Assembly (NCBI RefSeq): GCF_001194135.2
Contig: NC_068984.1
Span: 42,176,701-42,240,700, forward strand
DNA from: Octopus bimaculoides
Taxonomy: Eukaryota
Reading direction: 5' to 3'
Length of the DNA stretch: 64,000 nucleotides
A program made the translations under genes and the position numbers. Every line of letters begins with the position of its first letter. Positions within the stretch are counted from its first letter, which is position 1. Positions 11,001 through 24,009 of the stretch are shown here, piece after piece. The notes beneath the pieces were generated by a model, which was given only the letters and a program-made list of their open reading frames with translations, was not told where the DNA came from and ran no database searches.

Positions 11001-13163
11001 AGAAATAAAATGAAATATAATAAAATAAGAACGATAAAAAGGGGGAAGGGTACAAGAAGAAAAAATAAAAAATGAATAAAATATACAAAGATAAAATACA
11101 AAGTAAAAAATAAAAAAATTAAAAATTAAAAATTAAAAAAATTGAAAAATTATTATTAAAGGAATAAAATAAAAATTAAAACAATTATAAAATTCGCTAG
11201 ATATATAAGTCAAATTCTTTGAAACTATAATCACCTATTGATCTAGAAAAATGAGAGTAAATAGTTCTAGTCATTTAGTTTGTGGTTCTACCTATGCTAC
11301 TATCTCATGCTTCCTTTCATTTGGAGATTATTGCTTTATTAGAACATTTAAGATGTAGCAAATACTTCTTAGATGTCTGGGTATATTTATTTCACTAACT
11401 TTTGATTCCGTATTTAATTCACGGTAGACTCGATAACAGATCGAATTCTGGTGTGATACATTTTTTATTATTCTCTTCAGAAAATGTCTAAAGAGAAAAA
11501 CATTCTCATTCATATCCTCATATGGTTTGAAAGTTACCATATATATTTTCATATCTGAGTCACTGAAAATATGCGATTATGATTTTTAAGTTTGAAAACC
11601 GCCCAAATTAGTGTGCTTAAAATCTTTAATCAAATTATTTATAATTATTGAGTAAACCGGGTTCATTTCAAATTATATAATTACAGCGAGATTAAATTCC
11701 TACAGAGCAAAAATTGATAAATTCCCATGAAAACTATATCACGAGAGAAAATACTCCAAGGAAAAAACAAAAACAAACCGACGGAATGCTGAGCAAGTCT
11801 TTTTATTTTTAAAATTTTAGTGGATTACATTTAAATGTCGGAGGAAACACGCCAAGGTCATGAAGTGAGAACTTCCAAATCTAGTGTATTTCTTAGACAG
11901 GATGTATACCACTGTGACTGCTGTGGTCATTTCTTACGAAGTCGGGCAAGTGAAAATCCACGGCTGCAGAAAAACTTTCAGTAACAGTTAATTTCACAAT
12001 GAAAATTCATTTTGGTTCTAAATTTAGTTCGTCTAAAATATATCAGAAGCGGTCAATTAGTTACTCTCCCGTCACCTCGCGTAAATTTCTGGAAAACAAG
12101 CAGCCAAAGTACTGCACGTGTTCTATGAATGACCTTGAAATTTTTCTCACTCAAAAGGGTAATAAAATGGAGCACTATCAGATATGGAAGATCAGAATCT
12201 CGGAATTGAATTCAGTTCTTTCTCAGAATCAAAACTGTTCTTGGAATTACTTCACCTGTCTTCTGTTGCCGAGCTTCGGCAATTTTCCACATCAGTCACT
12301 GTTTGGAGTAGAGAGAAAAAAAGAAGAAAAGAAAAACAGCGGAAATAAGATAAATTTTTATTACTGAAATTCTTAACTCTTAATGACAACACGAAAAACT
12401 GGAAGTTAAACATTATGCTTAGTGAAATGGGCTAGGAGTAAAAAAAGATATAAAGATGCTGGGTAGGGAAGCTCTTGTGCCAAATAGTGTACAAAATCAG
12501 GATGTTTAAGTAGTGCGATAAATTCAAAAACACTCTATAAAAATATAAATACATGGATGTGGGCTACGTGTCTCCAGATACTGAGTAGTTTGGTATGCGA
12601 AACGAAGTCCCCAATAAAGCAATCAAAATTAGTATTTCGAGTTTTCTAAATATCAATCGTGTGAATGTGCCAAACATACAAATGACACCGAAGCGAATTA
12701 ATGGTTTCAGCTCAATATATTAGGGATATTTGTCATCAAATCACTTAATTGATTATTTAGAAATTCCCTTATAAGAGGACAGGTTTTTTTGCTGGTCCAT
12801 CTAAAATTTTAACAGTATTCAATGTTAATAATAGCTGATAGACATAAGTTGATTCCTTCATCAAGTGATTGTTTATACTCCTACGAATATCTGGTGGTAA
12901 AATTCAGATGAAGCCGTTTTCACAAACTTTTTACTCGATGAAACTACGTTTTCCGGAAGACGTTTATTGCCTTACAACAGTAGAAATAGTATTGCAGACG
13001 ATTCTAAAAGCAGATGTCCAGCTTACAATTTACAACCGAGAAGCATGACAATTAATGCATTAGTAGGAGACCTGTTGCATTCTCGATATTACTCTATTTT
13101 CAAACCAAATATGAAGGTGAAACGAAAAAACAAAAACGTAGATTAGTTGATTATTGATTCAAA

Positions 13164-14771
13164 TATAAGGTCACCCCATAAGTAATGTCCGAATTTTAAA
13201 CAAGGGAAAAAAGAGCTCAAATCTTACATTTTAATGAAACCTAATCGTCAATATAGTTTCCATGATTATCTATGACATCTTTCCATCTACTCGTAAGCTT
13301 TTTAATCCCATTAATGAAAAACTCGATTTCGAAGAGGAGAACTCTGAAAGGTCAGTTTCGACTTCCTCAGTTGTGTCGAGAGTTAATCAATCCAAAAGAT
13401 TCTGTAAGCTACGAAAGAAATGGTAATCTGAAAGAGCAAGGTCTGGGGGAATAAGGCAGATGAGCAAGTTTCTCCCAGCCAAGTTCCTTGATCTTCTGTG
13501 ACGTGATCTTTGCAGTGTGGGGGTCTTGCATTGTTCTGATGAAACACCACTCTCTTTCGATTCATTAAAGCAGACATTTTTTTCTTCAAAGCAGCATTCA
13601 GACTCCTTAATTGCTGACAGCAGATTTGAGCATTGATTGTTGTCATAGTTGGTAGCAACTGGAAGTGGATGACTCCTTTGCAATCCTATCAAACAGAGAG
13701 AAGAACCTTCTTGGCATGGAGTTCCCATTTCGGTTGTGGTTGGGCTGTTTTCCCTTCACCAAGCCAATGTCTATGACGCTTAACATTTGGAAAAAGACCC
13801 ATTTTTTTATCACCGGCCACTAGTCTGTCCAAAAAGGGTGAGATGAGTTCATGAGAACAAAGAGGAAAGCAGATGTCCACTCGAGATTTGCGGTTGGCTT
13901 CAGACAAATCATGAGGCACCCATTTTCCGTATTTGAGGATCTTTTCAAGCTGTTGAAGATGGCGGTGGCCAATTCTTCAACTGAAACTGCATGATCGTTT
14001 TCAAGTTCTGCCGAAAGCAGCTGGTCATCGAACTCAATTGGGTGTCCTGCTCGGAGCTCATCTTCACGGCTGAAATCTCCATTTCTGAAATTTACAAACC
14101 ATTTTCTGCAAGTTCTTTCATTAAGGCATTCTCCTCCATAAGCTGAGTGAATATTTCAAGTCGGTTCAGCTGCAAAGTTCCCTGCAAAGTTCCTTTTATG
14201 TGCCTCAAATGCTCCTTAGACACTTCCGTGTTTGAAGAGATATACTCTCTTTTACTCTCTTTTACTCGTTTCAGTCATTTGACTGCGGCCATGCTGGAGC
14301 ACCGCCTTTAGTCGAGCAAATCGACTTCAAGACTTATTCTTTGTAAGCCTAGTACGTATTCTATCAGTCTCTTTTGCCGAACCGCTAAGTTACGGGGACG
14401 TGAACACACCAGTATCGGTTGTCAAGCGATGTTGGGGGGGGGGGACAAACACAGACACACAAACACACACTCACATATATATACGCATACATATATACGA
14501 CGGGCTTCTTTCAGTTTCCGTCTACCAAATCCACTCACAAGGCTTTGGTCGACTCGAGGCTATAGGAGAAGACTTGCCCAAAGTGCCACGCAGTGGCACT
14601 TTAGTTAGTGAAATTTCAATTAGATTATCCTGCAAAATGAAATTCAATTAGTTTAAATATATCCAAAAACATAAATATTACTTGATGCCATTAGACATCC
14701 TAAAATATTGTTAAAGCGTTTAAAAATTGAAAATATAGAAGTCTGGGCATTACGTATGGGATGGCCTAATA
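13164..14771 (-). mobile_element. Full-length decayed mariner (D,D34D) transposon interrupted by a SINE
   Basis: TIRs TATAAGGTCACCCCATAAGTAATGTCC (13164-) and the reverse complement at -14771 match 22/27, TA ends; peptides WVPHDLSEANR, LDRLVAGDKK, VFHQNNARPH, PDLALSDYHFFRSLQN. Confidence 0.95.
14243..14600 (-). mobile_element. tRNA-derived SINE family A, 5'-truncated, nested in mariner
   Basis: Matches 61414-62056 in reverse; tail tactctcttttactc. Confidence 0.92.
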
Positions 14772-15724
14772 TGTACAATTTGAAGCTGCTGACTACGTTC
14801 ATTCGCATTCTAAATTAACTATCGGACTGACAGATGAGAATAGATTTCATTGATTTGTGTCAACAATCAATTGATATGGCTAGTTTCGGTCTCATTTTTA
14901 AGTTTAGGATCATAAAGTTGAAAACGATGTTTAACATCGCTTTGTCTTAGTTATGTTCTTTGTCGTATGAATATAACTTTTAAGAAACATTCTGTTTGTC
15001 GTGGAGGCCAAGGCCATACAACAACAAATGCCTCAGAAATAGAATTAGTAGAGAAAATTAGGAATTTGGATTAGTCAAGCCAAGTAGAAATAATGAAAAC
15101 AAGGAAAATCTCAGTTTAAAATAATTTGAGGGAACTCTTTCCAAAAAGGTATAGGAAAGAGAACAAATATTAGTTTTTGTAGACTGAAGAAAAGGATAAC
15201 TGTGAGCTAATATTCTTAATTGTTGACAATAGTAGTAATGAAAAGTAAGTCATTAATATAAAGAGTATTGGAACTACAGCGGATTAGAAAATTTACTGAG
15301 TAGATTGTTAAAGTGCAATTCGCCAATAATTGTTTCGCATCGCATTTGGCTAACCTAGTGAGGTCGAGGTTAAACAATGCATTTGAATTGAGTGCATTAT
15401 CAACCAGAATTTCCGTGGTTGATGTGTCTTAGATGCTATGGTGAAGGACAAGTAGGTAAATTCTATGAAAATAGATGCGATGAACAAGAGAAAGCTGAAT
15501 TCAGAAATAAAAAGAAATCGAAAATGATCGGGTAAATATAAGGTCAGGCAGGATTACACAAGTCGGTGGCTCGAGAGTCGGTAAATACAAAAGAGATAGA
15601 GCCGCCCTTGACAGGTCGAGCGTGTCATTCAAAATAGATTAGACTATCCACTGAGTAGATGTCATTATGCATTGAAGTGATCCAATGCCTGAAAATGAGC
15701 ATTACGAGCCTTATCCCTGACAGC

Positions 15725-15815
15725 GCAACCGTCGTTATCGAAACACCAACACCTAATTTACTTTTAAGTTCCAGTTGCTGGTTTACAGATAGAGCCACAT
15801 GCTTCTTCTTACGAC
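15725..15815 (-). mobile_element. pogo/Tigger (CENP-B/Jerky-type HTH) N-terminal fragment
   Basis: RKKKHVALSVNQQLELKSKLGVGVSI resembles the KRKxxxLxxxQKLExxxxLxxG psq-type HTH start. Confidence 0.6.
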
Positions 15816-17375
15816 TATTATGAAGTAATGAAGTCAAAAAAAAAAAATACAAGTTACTTAATTACTGAACTGCTGGGTCACGCAAGTTATGCTTGTGTTA
15901 ATTATTGTAGTTGTTACATCGTACATTGTGCTACCATGTTACTAGTCTAGCATGCATATTACTCAAAACTAGACCCACAAACATTAGACTACTTCAACCA
16001 GCCTTAATCTTTGTTTCTGATTTCGTATTATTAAATTTCAAAACAAATTAGGAACAGATTATATGCCGACAGAGCAAGAACAGAATTAAGATACAAAAAA
16101 TCAGTTTCAGTAAATTAAGTTATACATACAACTACAAAAACGTAGTGTGTATTAGTTACAAAGCTAGTTCATTCAGAATGTATACCTCTACAATGATGCA
16201 CAAAGATGGCGGCAAAAATTAACCCTGACAGTCTATCTCTTCATTCAAATTTCGTCCGGTTTAACCGACATCCTGCTCAACGGAATACGATTCAAGAGGG
16301 CTTCACTGTATAACCCCTCAACACACACACACACACTCCGGAATTATTCTCAGTAGACGGTTCACTGCTGTGTTCGTGCAAGAAATAAACTACGGGGAAT
16401 TTTAGTCAATCGTAAGCCACACATTCATACTTGTTTCCATAATAACAAACCAAGCATGTGTCGACAAATATTTTCCACTCATTGAGGTTGTGGTGAGATG
16501 CATTAAAAATAACAGCCAAATAGGCCTCAAATCACGCACCAAAATATTTTTTTGTTTTATTTTTGGATAATCGAATGAATTCCCGTGTGTAGAGTACAAA
16601 TTCGCAAAATTTTCTGAAAATTCCAAAAAATGAAAAGTTATGTGGGGTTATATGGCGTGCTTAAAGCAGAATTTGATTTGTTGCAATTGACAACACGTGC
16701 TGTCGCTCACAAAATAACAGCTTCCAAATCCTGTTTTCTGACTGGGTAAAAATGATCAAACTTTAAACCTCTATAGCTTTTTAAAAATCTTTTTGTGAGA
16801 CTGAGTTTGGAAAACTACATCAATATAACAAATTTCAAAATTTCAATAAACTTTAAATTTTCGAAAATTGGCAACAAAACTGAAAAGATCCCAACTGACG
16901 GACTTTGGGGTTGAAGTTTTAATAATTTTCAGAATATTATCTCGCAAATGTAATGAAATAACGATTTTTATTTGTGCAAAGCAATTTTAACATAAGGTTC
17001 AAAGATTATGAAAAAAATGTCTACTTACGACAATAATATAGTGACTTATAATAAACTGAAACCAACGGGTACTTGAAAATGGAAACTTTGTTGACATACA
17101 TACATATAAATATATATATCATTTAATGCATACTGTATTGAAAATAAGGGCTACTAATAGCTTCTTGCCATAGAGACATTGAGATTAAACAGATTATATA
17201 ACGTGCCTTGTTATATACAATCTTCAGGATCATGGCACATGGTTAGTTGTTTGTATTCGGTGGTGTAGGTATATTCTTAATAAATTAGTCCATGTAGTAT
17301 AAATCCATAATTGTGTGTAAATTAGTAGAACCCTTAAAACCCTTAACGTAGCTATAACACCAAACGTATGGATTT

Positions 17376-17453
<78 letters not shown>

Positions 17454-18436
17454 TACACACACAACAGTCTTATTCTATTTTCTCTAATTTTTCGGCTCAC
17501 TTTCATCCTATTTCACATTAAGATATTGTTAGTACATTTTGTAAAACTGAATGTATACCTTAATCATACTGTTTAATTATTCGTTAGCAATTCATTCTTA
17601 AACTCTAGACATTAAGCCTTGTTGATTAATACTATTCCGTTTCACACACACAAAAAAAAAAGAAAAACAACAAAAATACCCCCAAGTATTTTCAGAATGG
17701 ATACAGAGTTGGGGTTGTAAAAAATATGAATGGAAGAAGAAATTAGAAACCTAAACAAGTACCATAACATAATATATTGTATATGTGTGTACGTATGTGT
17801 TTGTGTGTATGTATGCGTTTGTGTGTATGTATGTGTTTGTATGTATGTGTATGTTTGTGTGTACGTGTGTGTTTGTGTGTATATGTTTGTATGTATGTGT
17901 TTGTGTAAGCCCCATAATCCACTGATTCTTTGGAATACAACTGGAACATAAGACTTCGTCATTACATACGTCATTGCTTTCTTTGTTTCAAACATACTTA
18001 ATCCCTTGCTTATTAAATGGATATTGGTTATTAAGATGTTGGCCTTGAAGTTGGTTTTGTTTTCTATGTGATGTGTTTTAATCGAGCCCAATTTAAACCT
18101 TAAATGAAGTGTGCTACGGCTTACCCATGATCATATAGGATGAAAGGCTGGGAAACAATTCTATCACGAAATAAAAACGCTTTATCTTACAAACATAGAA
18201 AACTTCCAAGAACGACGTCAGTTATACAGTATCCTCATGTATAATAATTTTGGAGTATATTTCGTAAGAGAGTTTTTTTTACAGATAATATTTGAATGGC
18301 TAAGTAACGAAGTGGACATAATTTGTTTGGTAAAGAGTAAGATCTGTAAAACGGTTTGCCAGGAAGAAGAGACTCTAATGTTTAGAACTGTACAATTCAT
18401 TGGGAGAGATGAATTTTGGTAGCAACAAATGAATAG

Positions 18437-18439
<3 letters not shown>

Positions 18440-18485
<46 letters not shown>
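18440..18485. repeat. (GA)n microsatellite
   Basis: Direct reading. Confidence 0.98.
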
Positions 18486-18487
<2 letters not shown>

Positions 18488-19124
18488 TGAAGAACACTGG
18501 AAGGAAAAAAGGGAAAGATAAGAATAAGTAAGGGTGAGCGGGGAACTGACAATTTTTTATTAGCAGTCTGACACTCTATAGACGAGACTGATAACCTTTC
18601 TCAAAATAAACAACAATGAAATGTTAATTTAAAATTCATAAATGACTTGCGGCAGAGAGGGTATAAAATAAAGTTTAGTAAGTGAATAAAAAAAAAAAAT
18701 TACATGAATTATAGATAGGAAAGAGAAGGACAGTTCCTGTAATTATAAGCAAATTTACAAAACAAACTTTGAAATTCTGTTATTAAACTTTGATATAATC
18801 CGACGTAGTGTTTGATTATTTTTGAGAAATTAGAAACCGCAAAAGTAACTTTAATGCTTTGTTTATTTTATTTGTAATATGCGTGTTCTGTGACTGAGTC
18901 CAATTTTAGCCACTTGAGATGTTTTGAATGTAGCTACACATTTCATATCACTGGCACCTTGCCTACTTCCTATAATAGTAAAAGCTTATTTTCATGAATG
19001 TACTCTATATTTTCCAAATTACCTTCCCAAGACATGAAACACTCAAGTCAAATCCTTTGTTTTTTTTTTTGTTTTTTTTTGTTTTTTTTTAGTGAATGAG
19101 ACTAACACGAAATCTCTACTGTTT

Positions 19125-19306
19125 GGCGAGCTGGCAGAATCGTTAACATTTCTTCTGGTTTTATGTCCTGAGTTCAAATGCCACCGAGGGCGACTTTGCC
19201 CTTCCTCCTTTCGGAGTAGATAAAATAAATAGCAGTTAAGCACAGGAATCAACTAGACCCTTGCCCACCAAATTTCAGACCTTGTGCTTATAACAGAAAG
19301 GATATT
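19125..19306 (+). mobile_element. tRNA-derived SINE family B
   Basis: ggcgagctggcagaatcgtt head, tgagttcaaatgcc B-box-like, cgactttgcc..tcctttcgg..gataaaata core, ttcagaccttgtgc tail. Confidence 0.85.
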
Positions 19307-19321
19307 TTAGGAGTACAGTAA

Positions 19322-19538
19322 GGCGTTAAGCCGGCAAAATCGTTTACGCTTCTGACAAAACGCCTTGTGACATTTTTTCTGATTTTACGATCTGAGTTCA
19401 AACTCTGCTGGGGTCAGTTCTGCCATTCATCCCTCCATGGTCGATAAAATATGTACCAGTCAAAAACTATGGTCAATTTAATCGACTGACTTCATCCACT
19501 AAAAATTTCTGGCCTTGTGCCAACATTAGAAAGAAAAT
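19322..19538 (+). mobile_element. tRNA-derived SINE family B, second tandem copy
   Basis: Same head/core/tail order as 19125-19306, more diverged. Confidence 0.8.
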
Positions 19539-19903
19539 CTTGGGGATATAATTGAATAGTCTTGGGTAAATAGATTTATTTTCAAATAAGACCGTTGTGA
19601 ATGTACACAGTAAGTATTACCAAAATTTCCTTGTTATTTGTTTAGAGACATGCTGAGTTAATAGAATCTCAGACTAGTAATCGAGGATCATTAATTCACC
19701 TTTACTTATTCTTTCCTTTCTTTATTTATTCTACTTTGTGACCTTATTCGAAGCTATTTTCCAGCGATCCACGCTAGATACATTTTTGGTACATATTGAC
19801 GCTGTCTGAAAATCACTTAAGGTAGACATGCCACAGAAATGTTCCATCTTTCATAGAATGCTCCATGCTAACACATCTGGTCTTCCTGATTCCTTTCTAT
19901 TAG

Positions 19904-19976
19904 TCCAGACATTACGACTTAATAATCAAATAACTTTTGCGGAACATTTGCTTGATAAATTTGATGAATTTCAACA
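19904..19976 (+). CDS. Candidate internal exon (QTLRLNNQITFAEHLLDKFDEFQ), host gene unknown
   Basis: CTAAC branch-like motif, tract tcttcctgattcctttctattAG, open frame, donor CA|GTAAGT at 19977; 73 nt. Confidence 0.3.
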
Positions 19977-20445
19977 GTAAGTTCTGTTGTCTGTTAATCC
20001 ATTTCCGTTGAGTCCGGTTACATTAACCGACATGGAGACGTTAACTTCTTGTCAATTTTCCAAGTTATTTACCCTGATACAAATATATTTGTTTTTATAG
20101 ACTAAATTTCGCTTTACGCTATCGGATTTAATGCTTTACTACCGAGTGTCATGCAACATAATCTTCGAACAAAATAATGAAAGAAACCCTAAAAAACATC
20201 AATAATCTTTATAACACAAGCGTACTCTATTCTAAAATCAGTTATGCGTGCATTCAAAATAAATATGTAACCTAAGAATAGTTATCAAATGCACGATTAC
20301 TTTGCATCAACAGTTTTACGTAGTACAAAATGGAGAGCATTCTATTGTTTAACACATGTTTAAATCGAGAATGATTGCTGCTCAAATGTATTTTGAAGAG
20401 AATTTCGTGTAAAGCTTTGTAAATAAATAAATAAATAAAAATAAA

Positions 20446-20447
<2 letters not shown>

Positions 20448-20508
<61 letters not shown>
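20448..20508. repeat. (AAT)n microsatellite
   Basis: Direct reading, ends at a 10-N gap. Confidence 0.98.
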
Positions 20509-21197
20509 NNNNNNNNNNTTAGCTTAAAGATGAATATTATGGTACTGTAAGTTTCACCCGTTTTCTTTTTTCTTTTTTTTTTTTTGGCTTCCCAGTTCTC
20601 TACCAGCAACAATGCTAATTTACATCCCTAGGACTTATGGTATTGTTATAAAGTGGCTTTCTAAACAGAAAAACTCCGCATTTGTTCGCCTCTTATTTAC
20701 GGTTCACTTCAAAGAGACAAAAAGCAGATTTTCACAACTAGAATGCTTATGTTAACATAAAAATACATATGTGCATTTATACACGAATGCATAAAATGAA
20801 TCTCGCATTATATATAAGACTATATGTATACATATGTCGGTATATATCCATATGTACTTATAAAGTTAATAACTATCATTGTATGTATATATTTTCTTCT
20901 TTTATGCGTACATATAGCCACATGCATATGCACATGTGTGTGCGTAATTGTGTGTCAATGTATATGCATTGAAAATAACTTTTTCCTGTAAAAAAAAAAA
21001 AATGCTAGATGTTTCGTGGTATTTTATACAAGCACATACACACATATTTGTGTGTGCGTGCTTATGTATGTTTATACAATATAAATACATTTCACACATG
21101 CGTAATCACATACACATAAAACAGTCAGTTTTTAATATATATGTATGTGTGTAGGTGTATTACTCTCAAATTTGATTACTTCTGCATTAATTATCAT

Positions 21198-21588
21198 TAA
21201 CGTTGAAATATCGTGTCAATACGTGAACTATAAGTATAACTGGACCTATATTAAATATTTTTTCACTTTGTTCATTTGATTACATATAACATAGTTACAT
21301 CGAGTACAGCCGAACATTTTCAACAGCTAAAGGAGATAGTAGATCACGGAACGACATACATAAACAGTACTCACATAAATACAAATTCCAACTAGAAACA
21401 GAAGGAGCGTGTTATTGAAAAGGAAACAGAAAGTCCATTGCAACGAAATTGGCAACAGAAGCTTACAATTCACAAATTTAGAGCATGAAACTGTTCACTT
21501 TATCTCAAAAATGCTTAGATATTTTGAAACAGCTCATACAGATGAACGAAACGATAAGTTCACGTATTGACACGATATTTCAACGTTA
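21198..21588. repeat. Element bounded by a perfect 32-bp inverted repeat (MITE/fold-back candidate)
   Basis: TAACGTTGAAATATCGTGTCAATACGTGAACT (21198-21229) and its exact reverse complement (21557-21588); TA at both outer ends. Confidence 0.85.
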
Positions 21589-21635
21589 TTTCATTAACCT
21601 GAAGATCACACTAAGATGGAATTTCATTGATATAT

Positions 21636-22023
21636 GTATATATATAGGTGTGTGTATATGTATATAACTTGATAACTTCCTAATAAAATGCAGTGCTAAG
21701 CAATATACCACTAATCGGAGTCATTATAATATGGTATAGAGATATGATCTTTACAGAATATTTTTAGCAACAAAATTAACAAAATTAACANNNNNNNNNN
21801 NNNNNNNNNNNNNNNNNNNNNNNNNNNNNNNNNNNNNNNNNNNNNNNNNNNNNNNNNNNNNNNNNNNNNNNNNNNNNNNNNNNNNNNNNNNNNNNNNNNN
21901 NNNNNNNNNNNNNNNNNNNNNNNNNNNNNNNNNNNNNNNNATATACATGCATACATACATAATACATACATATATACATACATATATAAAAAAAATATTT
22001 AGATATATATTCATATATGTGCG

Positions 22024-22072
<49 letters not shown>

Positions 22073-22223
22073 ATATATAGGTGTGTGTATATGTATATAA
22101 CTTGATAACTTCCTAATAAAATGCAGTGCTAAGCAATATACCACTAATCGGAGTCATTATAATATGGTATAGAGATATGATCTTTACAGAATATTTTTAG
22201 CAACAAAATTAACAAAATTAACA
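21636..22223. repeat. ~155-bp direct duplication across a 150-N gap
   Basis: 21636-21790 is repeated at 22069-22223. Confidence 0.85.
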
Positions 22224-22469
22224 AAGTGAACGTGATAAACATCGCTAAATGATTGAACAATGAAAGAGATTCCCTGCCACACCCTGCAAGCACATAGTAC
22301 TTTTGATAACTTTACGCATTATAATATAGAGTTATGGTGAATTTAGAAAATTAACTTATTCAGATCTACTTTTTATTATAAAAATAATTAAAGAGATTAA
22401 ATTAATTAATTTCAAACTGGAGTACATTTGCCTTCTCACTATTAATGCAGTTTAAAGGCAGCAGTGTGA

Positions 22470-23270
22470 AGTAGTACAGAAGATGCTATATCTGGGATGA
22501 AGAGCCAAATTGTAGCTCTTCCTCTCATATTGGTTACTTTTCGAAGAAACACCCCAATACTGCCTGCAGTTTCTTGAACCTTTTCTTGTAAAGCTTTTCG
22601 TGAATAAAACACTTCTCTTTGCCTTTCTACTGCACTCCTAGTCAAAGGCATTTCCCATAAAGTAACCCATGATTTCCTTAAGATTGGTGATACTGTAACT
22701 GAAGAATTCTATAAGTCTTTCCAATGTTCCTGGCTCTACAATCTTCAGGCTCGTTTTGGATGCGCTGCTATGATAACTCCTGCAGCTCTTTAATAAATAA
22801 ACTCTTGCTGTGGAAGTCCATTAATTTATCCTTATCTTCTGTATCGCCATTTTGCATTCACCCTTCATTAGCCAACTCAATGATTTCATTGATTACTACT
22901 GTCTCTGTTGCTTGTAAAATTCCTATAAGTCATTTCATACTTGCGGTCATGGTTTCTTCCAAACTTTGTTCACACAGTTCTCCGTAACTATTTTACGAAG
23001 CGAAGCTGCTATGCTTTTAATGGTTATCAAAGTATACTTTTTTCCAGAAGACGCTGATAGATTATCTTGGCCATCTCTTCCACAAGTCATTTGAAAGGCA
23101 ATAGACTTTGATATTAGAAATTACACTTGCGATAGTATTGAGCAAGAAAGATGTGTTTGGAAGCAAACATATGCGACATAAATGCAGGTCTGAAGGGCGT
23201 CCGAGATTTTGGTGGGAAACATTATCAATTAAGAATACCTTGGGTTAAGAGTTATGTTCTCAGCCAATAT
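22470..23270 (-). mobile_element. pogo/Tigger transposase remnant (DDE domain and C-terminus)
   Basis: KVFLIDNVSH, LPNTSFLLNTIASVISNIKVYCL, ENCVNKVWKK, INEIIELANEG...LMDFHSKSL match Tigger motifs LLILDNAPGH, PPNTTSLIQPMDQGVI, GVWKK; many stops and frameshifts. Confidence 0.85.
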
Positions 23271-23895
23271 ATTTTCCTTGTGAGATAAAAGTATGACACA
23301 GATCATCTAGTGAAAATTTCTATAGTCACCTAGGCTTCTTGATCTGAGTTTCAAATTCGGTACAAGTAGATGGATTTTTGGTGTTACCCTCATTAATCCT
23401 GGTGTTCTTAAATGATAACCACTGATGTCTTGTGTGTGACGTTAGCAACACAAGAGAAAATTTAGATTCTTACACTTAAAATATATCCATGTATGTAATA
23501 CTTCCAAGTTTAAAACTAAATAAATCCCAAAACAAATTTCAATAAAGTGAGAAGAGCGACTCTCTTCCCTCTTAACAGAACAAAAAATTTCTTAAAGTGA
23601 GCTCCCCTGGAAAACATATCAGTACGGTATATAATTTGAGAGTTGTCTTCTCTAGAGCATAAAATTTCTATCAAAATCCTATACTGTGCACCGAAAACAT
23701 GACATAAGTTCACGAATGAAATATATTCGTTGTCGCTGCATCTTGAAAATATTTATTTTAACCAATATGATATCACATCAAAAATCGCGCAACAAGTGAA
23801 ACACTGAGTAATGGCACAGGCTTGTGCCAGATGCGCACAAGAAATAATTGCTACAATAGGCATTGAGAACTTTTCTATAGTTTTAAATATATACG

Positions 23896-23966
<71 letters not shown>
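23896..23966. repeat. (ATCT)n microsatellite
   Basis: Direct reading. Confidence 0.98.
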
Positions 23967-24009
23967 CTCTATATATATATATATAGAGAGAGAGAGAGTG
24001 GACGGATAA

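Noticed and set aside
9732-11075. Long His/Thr- and Cys/Val-rich ORFs (up to 398 aa)
   Set aside because: Translations of a TG/CA cryptic satellite, open in several frames on both strands.
18286-18422. Exon candidates at 18286 (+), 18128-18163 (-), 12815 (+), 31152 (+) and 62243 (+)
   Set aside because: Splice-like signals are frequent in AT-rich DNA; the peptides are unrecognised and do not chain into a consistent gene.
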